Assembly (NCBI GenBank): GCA_963845065.1
Contig: CAWJQQ010000003.1
Location: forward strand, 192,001 to 256,000
From: Nitrospirota bacterium
Lineage (GTDB): Bacteria; Nitrospirota; UBA9217
Direction: 5' to 3'
DNA length: 64,000 nucleotides
Made by a program: the position numbers and the translations under genes. Below the pieces are notes generated by a model. That model searched no databases, was not told the origin of the DNA, and saw only the letters and a list, made by a program, of their open reading frames with translations. Shown piece after piece: positions 1-11,218 of this stretch (positions are counted from its first letter, which is position 1; every line of letters begins with the position of its first letter).

Positions 1-14
1 AAACAATATGGAAA

Positions 15-1427
15 GTGAAAAACACGCTGTCAAAAACAATGCGTTATTACAGCAATTATGGTTCCAAGCGTCTTTTTAAAAAGATCGTTAGTAAGATGGG
101 ATTCAAGATGTCTTTCCATATTGATGGGCTCAAGAACCCTAAAATGTCATTGTCGGTTCCTGTCCAAAATTATGATTCAACATACATAGTACCCTCAGTC
201 GGCTCTTCTGTTTCCATCATTATACCGACATTCAATGCGGGACCTTCTTTCCCATTCTTGCTTACTATGTTGAAACAACAAATTGGGTTGACAGATATTG
301 AGATAATCCTTGTAGATTCTGGCAGCAGTGACGGCACAATCGCTTATGCGCAAAAACAGAATATAAATATTGTTCAGATCCCTTTGGAGAAATTTACGCA
401 TTCATATGCCAGAAATCTAGGTGCTGAACATGCAACGGGGAGTTTCCTGCTCTTTACTGTACAAGATGCACTTCCTCCTTCAAAGTCATGGCTCTATAAT
501 GTACTTCAAGCGTTACAGAATAATAATGTTTCGGCTGTTTCCTGTTCGGAAGCCATGCGAGAAGATTGCGATTTGTTCTACAGGGCGATGTATTGGAACC
601 ATTTCAAATTTCTTGAGTTGGACAAAGGTGACAGGATTCTTACTAAGCCCGCCCAAGACGATTTTCTTTCATTGAGGAAGAACGCCCAGTTATCTGATGT
701 GGCATGTTTGATCCCGCGAAAACTTTTTTTGAAGTACAGGTACAGATATGATTATGCTGAGGACCTGGATCTTGGTATCCGGCTCATTAAGGATGGACAC
801 CGGCTGGCTCTCTTGAGTTCCTTATCGATTATCCATTCGCACAATAGACCAGCTTCGTATTATCTCAAACGCTGGTACGTAGAAACGCTTACGCTGCCTT
901 CTATTCTTCCAGACATGCCTAATCCTTCCGTTTCATGGCCATTTGTTGTTGGCGATATAAGGAAAGCTTATACCCTCACACGTATCATGGTGCACGACGT
1001 TCTTTCTCAACAGGATCTTCCTCGCGATAGCGCTTTACTAATACCGTTTTTATTAAATGCAATGAGCAGTATATGCATAGATATTCAGAATGCTAAGGTG
1101 ATTAATGTCGAGGATGACCCTTATCTTGATGACGTGTTCAAAGTTATGCTGAAGACAAGTCTTACTCATGATGCTGGTAATGCGAGCGGTCCACCTTGTG
1201 AACTGCTCGTTACGTCTGTGATCAAGTCCTGGCAGCTGGTTCTAGAATATCTGAATATCACTTATGAAGCCATTGATGAAACTGTTCTCAGAGATCTTCG
1301 GGATTGCTTTTACAAGTCGTTAGCAGTTAACTGTGGTCATATATTAGCCTGTTGCTACCTGAACAATGCCAAAATCAGTGATCCTGCCTATCAAGAATTG
1401 CATGATTTGCTGACTACAGGTATATAA
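15..1427 (+). CDS. GT2 family glycosyltransferase (rhamnosyltransferase-like)
   Basis: SIIIPTFN, VDSGSSDGT, TVQDA and AED motifs. Confidence 0.85.
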   Translation: MKNTLSKTMRYYSNYGSKRLFKKIVSKMGFKMSFHIDGLKNPKMSLSVPVQNYDSTYIVPSVGSSVSIIIPTFNAGPSFPFLLTMLKQQIGLTDIEIILVDSGSSDGTIAYAQKQNINIVQIPLEKFTHSYARNLGAEHATGSFLLFTVQDALPPSKSWLYNVLQALQNNNVSAVSCSEAMREDCDLFYRAMYWNHFKFLELDKGDRILTKPAQDDFLSLRKNAQLSDVACLIPRKLFLKYRYRYDYAEDLDLGIRLIKDGHRLALLSSLSIIHSHNRPASYYLKRWYVETLTLPSILPDMPNPSVSWPFVVGDIRKAYTLTRIMVHDVLSQQDLPRDSALLIPFLLNAMSSICIDIQNAKVINVEDDPYLDDVFKVMLKTSLTHDAGNASGPPCELLVTSVIKSWQLVLEYLNITYEAIDETVLRDLRDCFYKSLAVNCGHILACCYLNNAKISDPAYQELHDLLTTGI

Positions 1428-1428
1428 A

Positions 1429-4074
1429 GTGAAAATACTCTATTTTATCCATCAATTTTTCCCCATGCACTATACGGGGACCGAAAAAGTACTTTACAAT
1501 TTAGCATCAATGATGCAGCGATTTGGCCATAAAGTGAAAGTTCTAACCTATAGCTTTTACGATGATGCGTATTATGATCATCGAATTGGCGATTTTCTTG
1601 CAAAAGAATTTACCTACCAGGGGATACTAGTATTGGCACTTAAACACCGAATCCCATCTAGTAATCTGGATTTTCGGTTTCAAGACAGCACATTGGTGGA
1701 GATAGCTCGTGAACTGATTGAGATAGAACATCCAGACATCATTCATGTAATGCATCCCATGCGTGTTGGTGAATTTCTATCTGCGGCACTTTCGCTGAAT
1801 ATACCTTATGTTGTGACAGTTACAGATTTTTGGCTGCTTTGCCCTAAAATAATACTTGTGAACTCAAACGGTGTTTTGTGTACCGGGCCCCGACAAGGCC
1901 GCGAATGTAGTTTTGCGTGTCCGGAGTTAAAGTCAGGACTCGTCGTAAAGCGGTTAAATATAGTTTACAATGTGTTGTACAGCGCCAAACAAATCATAGC
2001 GCCGTCCCTGTTCGTTGCAAATATTTTCAAAAGTGAAATGCCGGACCTCGATATAAGTGTTATCAATCATGGCTTAAGATATAACAAATTAACAGTCAAC
2101 GAAAAAAAATATAAGAAAGGTGATCTTATAACCTTTTGTGTCGCAGGTTCTTTGAATCATCATAAAGGGGTACATATAGCCGTTGAAGCATTCAAAAAAG
2201 TTCGCTCGAACAATGTGGCCTTACATATTTACGGTTCAGGATATCCACAATATACAAAGTCGCTTCAAGACTTGGTTCAAAATGATAGACGGATTCATTT
2301 CCGCGGTGTCTATTCTGAAAATCAAATGTCCGCTGTTTTTAACGAAGTAGATGTTATAATCATTCCATCCTTGTGGTATGAAACATATTCCCTTATTTTG
2401 CATGAAGCACTTTCTTCAAAAATACCTGTTATTGCAACCGATACTGGCGTAATGGCTGAAGCTATAATGGATGGCGTGAACGGGTTTACGTTCAAACTTG
2501 GAGATACAGAACAACTAAAATCCATTCTGGAATCATTAGCATCCGATCCTGAACGTCTAAATGACATGAAAAATAACATGAAGACTATTACTCCGTCTAT
2601 TGAACAGGAAGCGTATGCTTATCATCAAATGTATCGAGATGTGCTCATGAACAGCCGCCCTGCTTCAATAAGGCGCGACAATCACGCTCCTTTTCGTAAA
2701 ACAAAGGTTTTGCTGATAACCCATGAGTTTTTCCCTGAGTCGACTGGGGGAGTGGAAGTATTAACGCTAAATACCGCCAAAACATTACGGAGAAGAGGAT
2801 ATGACGTCAGCATTTTTACGGGTTATGCTTCTGGAAGCGACATTGACGATAAGGATAGGTTTGACCGTTACATATATGAAGGACTGCCAGTAGAACGTTA
2901 CAAACATTCACCGGAACGCGCCGGCTCGCAGACGAACCCCTTTGAACTTGAATACAACAATCTTTTTTTTGCATCCTATTTTAAGGCTTATTTGAAGAAG
3001 ACCCAACCGGACATCGTTCACTTTTTTCATTTGCACAGAATTACCGCATCTGCAATAGATGTTTGTGTAGAATTGGGTATTCCAACGGTGTATACAGCCA
3101 CAGATTTTTGGCCGATCTGTCCATTAAGCCAACTACGACAGGTCGACAATTCTCCTTGTGGTGGTCCAGAGTATAACGCTGTGAACTGCATTCAACACAT
3201 TGTTCGTGCGTATCAGCCGCCACAAATCAGAGAAAAAATGGAGAAGTTTCCACGATGGTTATTTTTACTCGGTGTTTTTGTACTGAAATGGAAAGTGTTT
3301 CGCCACGTCAAATTTACGCCCAACATTCTAGCGTTAGTACGTCGCCCGGAGTTCATGATGAAACGCTTAAACCAGGTCAATTTTGTGCTGGTACCCACTC
3401 ATCTCATGGGGAAGTTGCTTGTTAATCACGGACTGAACAAGGCACAAGTTCATTTGCAGCATTTCGGAATAGATATTCAATTAGATAACAGTACGGAGAA
3501 ACGGGTTAAAGGGTCGAATAGGAAACTTGTATTGGGTTTCATTGGAGCATTATTTGAGCATAAAGGAGCGCATCTGTTAATTCAGGCGATATCTTCCCTG
3601 CCGAGAGATGTTGCTGTTGATCTTAATATTTATGGTAATTTGAAACAATGCCCTGAGTATGGTGAATTGCTCAAAAAACTTTCAGCAGACGACGATCGGA
3701 TTAAGTTTTGCGATACGTTCCCTAATAACATTATTGGGGCTATCTTTTCAGAACTCGATGTTTTGGTAGTGCCATCAATATGGTATGAGAATACGCCATT
3801 GGTCATCTACTCGGCACAGGCGTTCGGCTGTCCTGTCATTGCAACAAATCTCGGGGGGATGTCAGAGGTCATTCACGATGGTGTTAACGGCCTTCTCTTT
3901 GAACAAGGCAATGTGAAGTCATTGTCCGAAGTTATTCTTCGGCTGTATAAAAATAGAAGTCTTATCGCTGATCTTGCCAACAATGCGATTAAACCAAAAA
4001 ACATGGATGGATATGTTGACGAATTAACGGGGTATTATAGTTCATTTCTCCATCCAGAGGATATCCGAAAATGA
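1429..4074 (+). CDS. Tandem double GT4 glycosyltransferase
   Basis: Two homologous GT-B units, each with HxFFP, TDFWxxCP and PSxWYE...A motifs. Confidence 0.88.
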   Translation: MKILYFIHQFFPMHYTGTEKVLYNLASMMQRFGHKVKVLTYSFYDDAYYDHRIGDFLAKEFTYQGILVLALKHRIPSSNLDFRFQDSTLVEIARELIEIEHPDIIHVMHPMRVGEFLSAALSLNIPYVVTVTDFWLLCPKIILVNSNGVLCTGPRQGRECSFACPELKSGLVVKRLNIVYNVLYSAKQIIAPSLFVANIFKSEMPDLDISVINHGLRYNKLTVNEKKYKKGDLITFCVAGSLNHHKGVHIAVEAFKKVRSNNVALHIYGSGYPQYTKSLQDLVQNDRRIHFRGVYSENQMSAVFNEVDVIIIPSLWYETYSLILHEALSSKIPVIATDTGVMAEAIMDGVNGFTFKLGDTEQLKSILESLASDPERLNDMKNNMKTITPSIEQEAYAYHQMYRDVLMNSRPASIRRDNHAPFRKTKVLLITHEFFPESTGGVEVLTLNTAKTLRRRGYDVSIFTGYASGSDIDDKDRFDRYIYEGLPVERYKHSPERAGSQTNPFELEYNNLFFASYFKAYLKKTQPDIVHFFHLHRITASAIDVCVELGIPTVYTATDFWPICPLSQLRQVDNSPCGGPEYNAVNCIQHIVRAYQPPQIREKMEKFPRWLFLLGVFVLKWKVFRHVKFTPNILALVRRPEFMMKRLNQVNFVLVPTHLMGKLLVNHGLNKAQVHLQHFGIDIQLDNSTEKRVKGSNRKLVLGFIGALFEHKGAHLLIQAISSLPRDVAVDLNIYGNLKQCPEYGELLKKLSADDDRIKFCDTFPNNIIGAIFSELDVLVVPSIWYENTPLVIYSAQAFGCPVIATNLGGMSEVIHDGVNGLLFEQGNVKSLSEVILRLYKNRSLIADLANNAIKPKNMDGYVDELTGYYSSFLHPEDIRK

Positions 4075-5030
4075 ACTGTCTTGTGCTTGGTGGCGGTGGT
4101 TTCCTGGGCTCACATGTGTGTGAGGCGCTTTTAGCACACGGGCACAATGTCCGAGTATTAGAACGTCCCCGTCTTAAACTCGATATGAACACGCCAGGGG
4201 AGTCAAAATATTGTTCCAAAATCGAGTGGATTGAAGGTGATTTTACGAATCAAACGGATGTGCAAGCAGCGGTTGAAAACATGGAACTCGTTTTTCATTT
4301 GATTTGTACAACGTTGCCTAAAACATCGAATGATAACCCCTGCTTTGATGTAGAAAGTAATGTCATGTCTACGCTCAGACTCTTAAATGCTGCAAAAAAT
4401 AGCGGCGTTCGAAAGGTTATATTTGTTTCTTCAGGTGGTACGGTCTATGGCGTTCCGCAACAGGTGCCGATTGCCGAAACACACCCGACCAATCCCCTCT
4501 GTTCATATGGAATTACTAAGCTTATGGTAGAAAAATACCTACATATGTTCCATAATCTACATGGCCTCGATTACTGTATCCTACGGCTTTCGAACCCTTA
4601 TGGAGAAAGGCAACGTCCTCATTCCCTTCAAGGTGTTATCGCAGTTTTTTTGTATAAGGCGCTAATGAACGAAGAAATTGAAATCTGGGGCGACGGAAGT
4701 GTCCGTCGTGATTTTATTTATATTAAGGATGCCATTGACGCCTTTATTAAGTCAATGGACTACAAGGGGGAACATCACATCTTTAATATCGGTAGTGGAT
4801 ATTCCCACAGTCTGAATGATTTGTTAGAGCTTATCGAAAAGGAGCTTGGTCGGAGCGTTGCTCGCATCTATAAAATGAGCCGACCAGTCGATGTCCCCAT
4901 TAATGTGCTTGATATTTCCAAAGCGCGTCAGATCCTTAATTGGAGTCCCACGACATCGTTGCAAACGGGCTTGAGTAAAACACTGTCTTGGATGAGAAGT
5001 TATTATCTGGACGAATTGGACAAGAGATGA
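4071..5030 (+). CDS. NAD-dependent epimerase/dehydratase
   Basis: GGGGFLG, SSGGTVYG and YGITK (YxxxK) motifs. Confidence 0.9.
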   Translation: MNCLVLGGGGFLGSHVCEALLAHGHNVRVLERPRLKLDMNTPGESKYCSKIEWIEGDFTNQTDVQAAVENMELVFHLICTTLPKTSNDNPCFDVESNVMSTLRLLNAAKNSGVRKVIFVSSGGTVYGVPQQVPIAETHPTNPLCSYGITKLMVEKYLHMFHNLHGLDYCILRLSNPYGERQRPHSLQGVIAVFLYKALMNEEIEIWGDGSVRRDFIYIKDAIDAFIKSMDYKGEHHIFNIGSGYSHSLNDLLELIEKELGRSVARIYKMSRPVDVPINVLDISKARQILNWSPTTSLQTGLSKTLSWMRSYYLDELDKR

Positions 5031-5584
5031 TCTAAACTCGTGCAGCAGGATGTTATGGCAACTACAACTTTGCAAATGATAGAAGTTCCAAAGAAAATCA
5101 AATGAGGCAGATTATTTAAGAAAGGGCGCGTAGTGAAGCATCTCGAATAACACTTCACTTGAAAGAACCAATTCAATGTCAGTTTTTGTACAATGTCTCT
5201 GAATTACATTAACAAATAAAAATTATTATTATAAAATAAAAAAACCTAAAAAATAATGTCTACTAATTATAAATGAATATATTTAACCTTATTGCTTTCA
5301 ATGGATGGATCTTACAATGGAAATCAGCGACGTTTTGCTAAAGCTCTTGCCCGAAAAGGATAGATTTGTTTCTGCAGTTAATAGTAAGTAATAAAATAAT
5401 GAGAGCGTCGGTATAATATATGAACGAAAACTATTCATCATATGCGGTCGATCTCAATTTATTTACAAAGCTTGAAATGCTTCCTGGAACACCGTTATGA
5501 ATAAAGGATAATAACATGCGAAAGTAATTCGCTAAATGTTGCTTACTCCATGTGCCTCGAAACAAATAATATTTTTGAGACAAA

Positions 5585-6709
5585 ATGAAGAATACGAAAA
5601 TGTATAGAAAAATCTTGCCTATATTACAAAAAGAGGTGATTTGGATGAATAACAAGTTGGTTAACAAAAGCGCCGATACCATGCCAGTATTTGGAAGAGG
5701 GTTTATTGATTATCTTGAAAATAAAAATGGACATCTAATTATTATTGGTTGGATGTTTCTGCCGGATCAGCCCTTCGATGGTTTTATAGTAAAGATTAAT
5801 AACGTAATATCTGGGAAAACGTTTTTAGTTGAGCGTAACGACGTCCAAAGTGCTTTCCCTTCTATAAAGTCTGCCTTGATGTCTGGATTTGATGCCAGCA
5901 TTGAGGTACCTGAAACAACATTAAGGAACTGGGTTGATATCGATGTCATAGGGACCCTTAACGGAAGAGAAGATTCTAGAATAAGCACCACGTACAAACT
6001 CGACTTTCACTCATTCCTGAAAGATCCACCGGCGGTCCTTATGAATCGCATTGCAAACACTGATAAGCCGTATACATACTGGTGCCGAGCCCTGAATAAT
6101 TACAGCGAATTCAATAAGGCAATCAATAGACATATTAGCCCGGTATCGATTAAAAAACTTCTAGACTGGGGATGCGGATGTGGCCGTGTTACAAGTTTGT
6201 TCCTCCAACACTCTGGCATCCCCGAAATCTATGGCTGTGATATCGATAGAGAGGCTGTTGAGTGGTGTAGTGATAATTTAAAAAAAGGTTATTTCTCAGT
6301 GATTGATCCCTACCCTCCGACAAAGTTTAGCGATAATATGTTTGATGTAATTATCGGTTATTCTGTGTTCACGCATCTTGACAGAAATATGCAGGAAAAC
6401 TGGTTACGGGAAATGAAGCGTATCATGGTGCCAGGAGGCTTATTTTTAGCATCTTGTCATGGTGATTTTGCCACATCCTTTGCACCTAAGCATGTTCAAA
6501 AAGAAGTATCGAGCAAAGGGATCTCGGATGGCACCCTGGATAATAAACTTGACGGTATAGCTCCATCTAAATACTATCGCTGCGTTTATCAGTCACGTGC
6601 ATACAATGAAAAGGAGTGGGGAAAACAATTCAAAATCATAGACTACGTAGAGAGGGGCATGGCTAATCTACAGGACCTTGTCGTCATGCAGAAAATAAAA
6701 TTGGTCTAG
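5585..6709 (+). CDS. Class I SAM-dependent methyltransferase with an N-terminal accessory domain (true start may be ~5645)
   Basis: LLDWGCGCGR and SVFTHL motifs. Confidence 0.85.
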   Translation: MKNTKMYRKILPILQKEVIWMNNKLVNKSADTMPVFGRGFIDYLENKNGHLIIIGWMFLPDQPFDGFIVKINNVISGKTFLVERNDVQSAFPSIKSALMSGFDASIEVPETTLRNWVDIDVIGTLNGREDSRISTTYKLDFHSFLKDPPAVLMNRIANTDKPYTYWCRALNNYSEFNKAINRHISPVSIKKLLDWGCGCGRVTSLFLQHSGIPEIYGCDIDREAVEWCSDNLKKGYFSVIDPYPPTKFSDNMFDVIIGYSVFTHLDRNMQENWLREMKRIMVPGGLFLASCHGDFATSFAPKHVQKEVSSKGISDGTLDNKLDGIAPSKYYRCVYQSRAYNEKEWGKQFKIIDYVERGMANLQDLVVMQKIKLV

Positions 6710-6737
6710 AATAATAATCGATTAATAATTGCAGCGC

Positions 6738-7773
6738 TAAACCACCGGCTTTGCCGGTGTGAATAGAAAAGGCTTTGCCGCAGTATTTGCAAAAAAAAAG
6801 ATCCCCTTCTAACAATGGTCACCGTTTCGGTGGTCAATCGTAAGAAAGGAGCAAACAGTGGAGGATAGCTTATTACATACAGTATGGGAATATAAATATC
6901 ATGTTGTATGGGTTCCATAGATTCGGCAGAAGGTGATCTACGGACAGCTACGACGAGAGGTGGTCACAATAGTCCAGAAGTTGTGTGAGTACAAGGGCGT
7001 GAAGATTTTGGAAGGGCAGACATGTATCGATCATTCCACCTGTGCATCTCGGTCCCGCCGAAATACGCGCTATCAACGATGGTGGGGTATTTGAAGGGGA
7101 AGAGCGCAATAGTGGTATTTGAGAAATATAGTAAAGTGAGCGGAACTGCAAGGGGCACAGTTTTTGGGCACGCTGGTACTACGTCAGTACAGTCGGCTTG
7201 GATGAGGCACGGGTATGAAAATATATCCAAGCTCAGGAAATCAACGAGTCGGTTGAGGGCAAGTACGATAAGGATTTGAGTAACCCCTTTTAGGGGTTAG
7301 GGGTGCCCGTAGAAGCGCATTAGATAGCACAATCTAAATAAAGAGATTGATCACTGGAACATATGTTGGCGACGATCGGAACGGGGACGATTCTGACGAT
7401 GTTGTCCCCGATAAATAGCACATCTGGATAACGAGGATCGTACTATGATATCACGATCTCTATTTGCCTAAAATCCAGGGGTTTAGAAAAGCTGGAGCCA
7501 GATCGACGCCTTCTTCGATAGAACCTCCAAGCATGAGGTTAAGAAGAAATATATCATAATTCAGGAATCAAAGAACAGAATCTCGTTTATGAGGGAGAAT
7601 TAGAGGCAAAAAAGATCGTTACCAACACCGGGACATCACAGTCAGAAGTGGTCTCAAATCACCGTCGCCTGCATTATAGTACGAAAAAAGAAGTTTCCCC
7701 CTTAAGGTGGCAAGTAACAATGCCCCTATATGGAGCTATTCAAGCCACCGGCTACGCCGGTGCGTCATGGCTC
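6738..7773 (+). mobile_element. Degenerate IS200/IS605-family (IS200-like) element
   Basis: Matching subterminal hairpins CACCGGC-N3-GCCGGTG at 6743-6759 and 7746-7762 flank a tnpA remnant; the outer ends are approximate. Confidence 0.8.
6858..7291 (+). pseudogene. tnpA: Y1 (HUH) transposase TnpA pseudogene
   Basis: Fragments WEYKYHVVWVP, HLCISVPPKYALSTMVGYLKGKSA and FWARWYYVSTVGLDE are separated by stops and frameshifts. Confidence 0.85.
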
Positions 7774-8154
7774 AGCTTATTCGTTGATTAAGGGTGGGGA
7801 AAAATGAAATTCCGTGCTTAATCAGCAGATTTTCACATTGCATTTTACAAAACTAAAAGGTTGTGTTAATCATCGCGTCCAAGTACCAAAAACTATTTCG
7901 CCATTAATATACGAAAGAATAGCGACACTGTAACTATGCAAAAGCTTGGGAGTTTTAAGCTGATGTTAATTGCTTAGACACTTTTCCATTCGAGCTCAAA
8001 GCATTGATCAACGCATTTGTATCATATTTTCTGTGATTCATGATAAGGGAGCATAATCTCTAGAAAGTGCATGATATTGCATGGATTTATCATCGCTTAT
8101 TTAATAGGATCTAGATTTTAGAAGCTTAAAAATGAATATAATCTAATAAGAAAA

Positions 8155-8907
8155 ATGCTGATAATAAAGAGAGGGATGCATATGAAAATACATGAGTTAA
8201 TGAATACAATCCAAAAAGGGATTTCCCCGAACGATGAAATGTTTGCTGGTAATGAATCGCACTATTTTAGTGTGGGATTATCTGCGTTGGAATGTATAGA
8301 AGTAGCGCTGCTCTCTGCCAAGAGGAATCAAGAAGATATTAAGATGATTCTTGATATGCCCTGTGGCTACGGTAGAGTGCTGCGAGCGCTTAAGGCCGCA
8401 TTCCCTGGCGCGAAAATAGTTGCTTGTGACCTTAATCGTAATGGAGTAGATTACTGTACTAAAAATTTTGGCGCTAAGGCACTCTATTCATTTAAAAACC
8501 CAAGTATGTTGCCAAAAGAGAAATATGATCTAATTTGGTGTGGCTCCTTGCTGACCCATCTGGATTTCCCAAGGTGGGATGATTTTATTTCATTTTTCCA
8601 AACTTCTCTCAATTCAGGTGGGATCTTAGTATTCACCGCTCATGGCCGATTTGTTGAGGAAAATATTAGAAGTGGTAATAATACCTATGGTTTGGAACAA
8701 GCCGTCTTAAAAAATCTCCTTGATGCCTATACACACGTTGGTTACAGCTATGTTAATTATCCGCATGCTGATGATTATGGAATATCTATGAGCACAGCAT
8801 CGCATATTATTTCACAGGTTGAAAAATATTCTGATTTGCGTCTGTTGCACTACAAAGAGCAGGGATGGGATAATCATCAAGACGTTATTGCGTGTAGTAA
8901 ACGATAA
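8155..8907 (+). CDS. Class I SAM-dependent methyltransferase
   Basis: LDMPCGYGRV and GSLLTHL motifs. Confidence 0.85.
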   Translation: MLIIKRGMHMKIHELMNTIQKGISPNDEMFAGNESHYFSVGLSALECIEVALLSAKRNQEDIKMILDMPCGYGRVLRALKAAFPGAKIVACDLNRNGVDYCTKNFGAKALYSFKNPSMLPKEKYDLIWCGSLLTHLDFPRWDDFISFFQTSLNSGGILVFTAHGRFVEENIRSGNNTYGLEQAVLKNLLDAYTHVGYSYVNYPHADDYGISMSTASHIISQVEKYSDLRLLHYKEQGWDNHQDVIACSKR

Positions 8908-9407
8908 TTGATAAGTTTAACATAATAAATATATTAACTAATTATGATAGGTAATCGCGCATCTGTAGTATGATACGATACGGTCCGTTCCGCTGTACGA
9001 ACTGTAATCGAAGATATGCTTCTCTTAACTCTGCAGATGAATTTCTCGAAGAAAATATTCCAGATTGTCCGAGTCTTGATACACAGGGGTGAAAGGCATT
9101 CTTGCTGATATGGTATGAAGGAGGCTGAATGTCATCCTACACGGTTCTGCATAGCATCTAATGCAGGGTTCTTGATAACAAAAAAAAGAAGAATATAATA
9201 TAACAGCTAAAGTATGAAAAGACGCCCTGTCCGAAATCGAAACAGATTGACGCGATATCTAGCGACATCGCAATTTGGAGTATGAATATTAATGCCACTT
9301 TTACTTGGAACGAGCACAGAGAAAACGCGAGCATGCAGATTGTCCATCTGAAGTCGAGTGCTTCTGCTACTAATGAAAACGATGATTTATTGATCCACAT
9401 TTAATAA

Positions 9408-11069
9408 ATGATTATTAAAGATAATTTAAGAGCCATGACGTTAAATAAACATATTGTGAAACTGTTACCTGTTGCATTTATTCTTATCTATTTAGTACTG
9501 GCGCTCATCAAGATTAAATACCCTGGTGTTCATTATGACGAAATATTATTTGGGAATGCAGCGATTGGAGGCGTTGACGACGTATTCATTACCTATAAAA
9601 TTGGCCAGTTTCCCATTTTGTTAATGAAGTACATTGGTGCCATGAAGGCCTATATCTATTATCCGATATTCAAAATGTTCGGAATTTCAGCATACTCAAT
9701 CAGGATCCCCGGCATACTCGCTACAGCATTTGCTTTGTATGTTTTATATGCTGCTTTAAAAAAATATTTCACCGATAATATCGCCCTTCTAAGCTTGTTC
9801 TTATTGACGATTGATGCGTCTTTTATTTCTTTATCGCGGTATGATGTCGGCCCGACCATTATAGAATTTCTGATAATGAGTATTGTTCTCTATTTTTTTG
9901 TAAAATATAAACATTCTTATCAAGTAAAGTATCTCTTTTTCATCTTTTTTGCATTCTCAGTAGGGCTATTTAATAAATTAAACTTTATCTGGTTTATAAA
10001 CAGCTTTTACATCGCCGCCATAATCGTCTATTGGAATGCATGGGTTGAATTATTAGGAAAGAAAAGTAGACTTGCACAACTTGGTTTCGCCGTCGGCGCT
10101 ATCCTTTCATATTTAATCTTCGTTGGGTATTTCTTCTTTATTAATGCTGTTTATGATTTGTCTAGACTGCGATCTTTAAGAGAATTAATTCCTCACGTTG
10201 AAGTTGTACTTTTTAATTTAAAAGATTTAATTACGGGTGAAAGTTTTTATAATTATGCCATTGGTGTTATTCATACGAAGTTGAATAATATCTACTTCCT
10301 TCTGATACTGATGCTTGTTGCGTCGGGCCTGACACTTTATCTACTATCGGATAAAATTGTATCGTATACTAAGAGAAGTTACTTCTTTTTTTTGTGCTTA
10401 TTCATTATGAGTTTGTTACAGGTGCTAATCACGAAAGTAGCTAATAATATCTGGCATGTTAATACCGTTTATTGTTTATTTATAATATTGCTGAGCGCGT
10501 CCATTTCCCTTATCCTTGACCATTTCTCATGGAAATCATTAAGGTTCCTCGGATATATATTGGTGATAATAATTGCAACTCATCACTTAATCATGGACTA
10601 CAAATATGTACAAGCGTACGACAAACCAGTGAAAAGCGTTTACTGGTCAAAAAAAATATATGATCTTATTGAATATACGAAAAATGATCCTCATCAATTT
10701 GCTTCTATTGACTGGGGGATTCATACTCAACTTACAGATTTTACAGGTCTCCGACAGAAATATTATGAATTATCGTTCTCCTTCAATAATATGAATCTCT
10801 CACCGCAAAACACCCAAGAATTAATCGCGGAGGTTACAAATTCTAAATATCACTTTTATTATATTACTCATTCTGAGGCGGATACATTCTTTAAGACGGC
10901 TAGAATAAATTTTTTTAAACTCGTCTCTGAAAAAGTTATCAACGTTGCATTGGTAAAAACAATATCTGATGACGATGGCAGAGTAGTATTTGAGATCTAT
11001 GCGCCAGAAACTGTAAAGGTATCCAAACGTACAAAAAACCCGATGTTCCTCAGGAAACCGTATTTATAA
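9408..11069 (+). CDS. Multi-membrane GT-C fold glycosyltransferase (ArnT/PMT-like)
   Basis: YDE motif after TM1, an SIRIP motif, about 11-12 hydrophobic segments and a soluble C-terminus. Confidence 0.7.
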   Translation: MIIKDNLRAMTLNKHIVKLLPVAFILIYLVLALIKIKYPGVHYDEILFGNAAIGGVDDVFITYKIGQFPILLMKYIGAMKAYIYYPIFKMFGISAYSIRIPGILATAFALYVLYAALKKYFTDNIALLSLFLLTIDASFISLSRYDVGPTIIEFLIMSIVLYFFVKYKHSYQVKYLFFIFFAFSVGLFNKLNFIWFINSFYIAAIIVYWNAWVELLGKKSRLAQLGFAVGAILSYLIFVGYFFFINAVYDLSRLRSLRELIPHVEVVLFNLKDLITGESFYNYAIGVIHTKLNNIYFLLILMLVASGLTLYLLSDKIVSYTKRSYFFFLCLFIMSLLQVLITKVANNIWHVNTVYCLFIILLSASISLILDHFSWKSLRFLGYILVIIIATHHLIMDYKYVQAYDKPVKSVYWSKKIYDLIEYTKNDPHQFASIDWGIHTQLTDFTGLRQKYYELSFSFNNMNLSPQNTQELIAEVTNSKYHFYYITHSEADTFFKTARINFFKLVSEKVINVALVKTISDDDGRVVFEIYAPETVKVSKRTKNPMFLRKPYL

Positions 11070-11218
11070 GCGAAAAAGACAGGTTCAATATCCGGTGATA
11101 TCGAAGAAACCTATATCGCAAGCACAAGCGTTTTATTTAGGTTTACGGGCAACATTATCGAAATGAATCCAATGCTTTAGATGCCGACTAAAGAAAAGTA
11201 AAGCAGGGGAAAAGATTC

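Noticed and set aside
5031..5584. ncRNA or gene in the AT-rich spacer (likewise 8908-9407)
   Set aside because: No convincing structure or coding motif found by eye.
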